DNA from: an uncultured virus (IMG/VR IMGVR_UViG_3300027573_000022) | Taxonomy: Duplodnaviria; Heunggongvirae; Uroviricota; Caudoviricetes | DNA length: 64,000 nucleotides | Direction: 5' to 3' (one strand) | IMG/VR virus record: IMGVR_UViG_3300027573_000022 | In this document: piece after piece, positions 63,604-64,000 of the stretch | Numbering within the stretch: position 1 is the first letter of the stretch | Layout of the letters: each line of letters starts with the position of its first letter | Notes under the pieces: model-generated | The model's input: only the letters and a program-made list of their open reading frames with translations | Databases searched by the model: none | Told to the model about the DNA's origin: nothing | Translations under genes and position numbers: made by a program

Positions 63604-64000
63604 ATGCACCCCGCCCACGCCGCACGGATCGTGCACGCCCGAACCCGGGGGTGGCATCTTCGCAGTGATCTCACCGAGGAGGACCTCACCCAGATCCTGC
63701 TGCTGCACTCCGTGAAGGCCCACCTTCGCTACCCACCCCCCACCTTCTCCGATTCATTCCGGGAGCGCCGCGCGTGGTGGGACACCCTTCACGAGTACCG
63801 CACCCTCACCCACTACCGCTCCGCCCACTTCACATTCCCTCTCCCTCTCCCCGACGACGACCCTCCGATCCCGGACGACGTCGAGGACGTCGTCGCCAAC
63901 GCGGACCTCGTTCGCCGTCTTCTCCGCCGTGCCTCACCGCGGGAGCGTCGCCTGCTCGCCCTCCTCGCGGACGGTCACACCCAGCGGCACGCCGCCCACA
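63604..64000 (+). CDS. Sigma70/ECF-like or LuxR-type HTH protein, truncated by the window end
   Basis: Manual translation MHPAHAARIV...EEDLTQ...SPRERRLLALLADGHTQRHAAH, resembling sigma regions 2 and 4. Confidence 0.6.
   Translation, partial: MHPAHAARIVHARTRGWHLRSDLTEEDLTQILLLHSVKAHLRYPPPTFSDSFRERRAWWDTLHEYRTLTHYRSAHFTFPLPLPDDDPPIPDDVEDVVANADLVRRLLRRASPRERRLLALLADGHTQRHAAH

Noticed and set aside
1..64000. tRNA, rRNA, integrase, intron or intein
   Set aside because: None recognised by eye, and polA, nrdJ, terL and the helicases appear uninterrupted. tRNAscan-SE and Infernal were not run, so small RNAs could be missed.

Overview
The window is about 64 kb of a high-GC tailed dsDNA phage genome, very probably infecting Actinomycetota (two WhiB genes, apparently leaderless promoters, head genes resembling those of mycobacteriophage cluster B). 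Almost all genes run on the minus strand up to about 60.7 kb, then switch to plus. From left to right it carries: regulators (WhiB, DUF932, SLT); a putative DNA sugar-hypermodification module (atypical C5-MTase, dCTPase/dUTPase-like, SIS sugar-phosphate isomerase, NTP-transferase/kinase fusion, T4 BGT-like glycosyltransferase); recombination and replication genes (SSB, AAA ATPase, PD-(D/E)XK nuclease, SNF2 helicase, resolvase, PolA); nucleotide genes (dCMP deaminase, Asp-type thymidylate synthase homologue, dNMP kinase fused to a UDG-like domain); a second sugar island; adaptor, fibre and lysis genes; a two-capsid-protein head module; class II RNR; terminase; a 2285-aa 2H-phosphoesterase/kinase/ADP-ribosyltransferase protein; Prim-Pol; SF3 helicase; a non-coding region; peptide deformylase; and a truncated sigma-like gene. 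The two best candidates for new biology are a pentose-type cytosine hypermodification pathway and a set of head-associated proteins sharing an RDxxGRF/GGQF tag, including the giant effector. All calls come from motifs recognised by eye; no searches were run.
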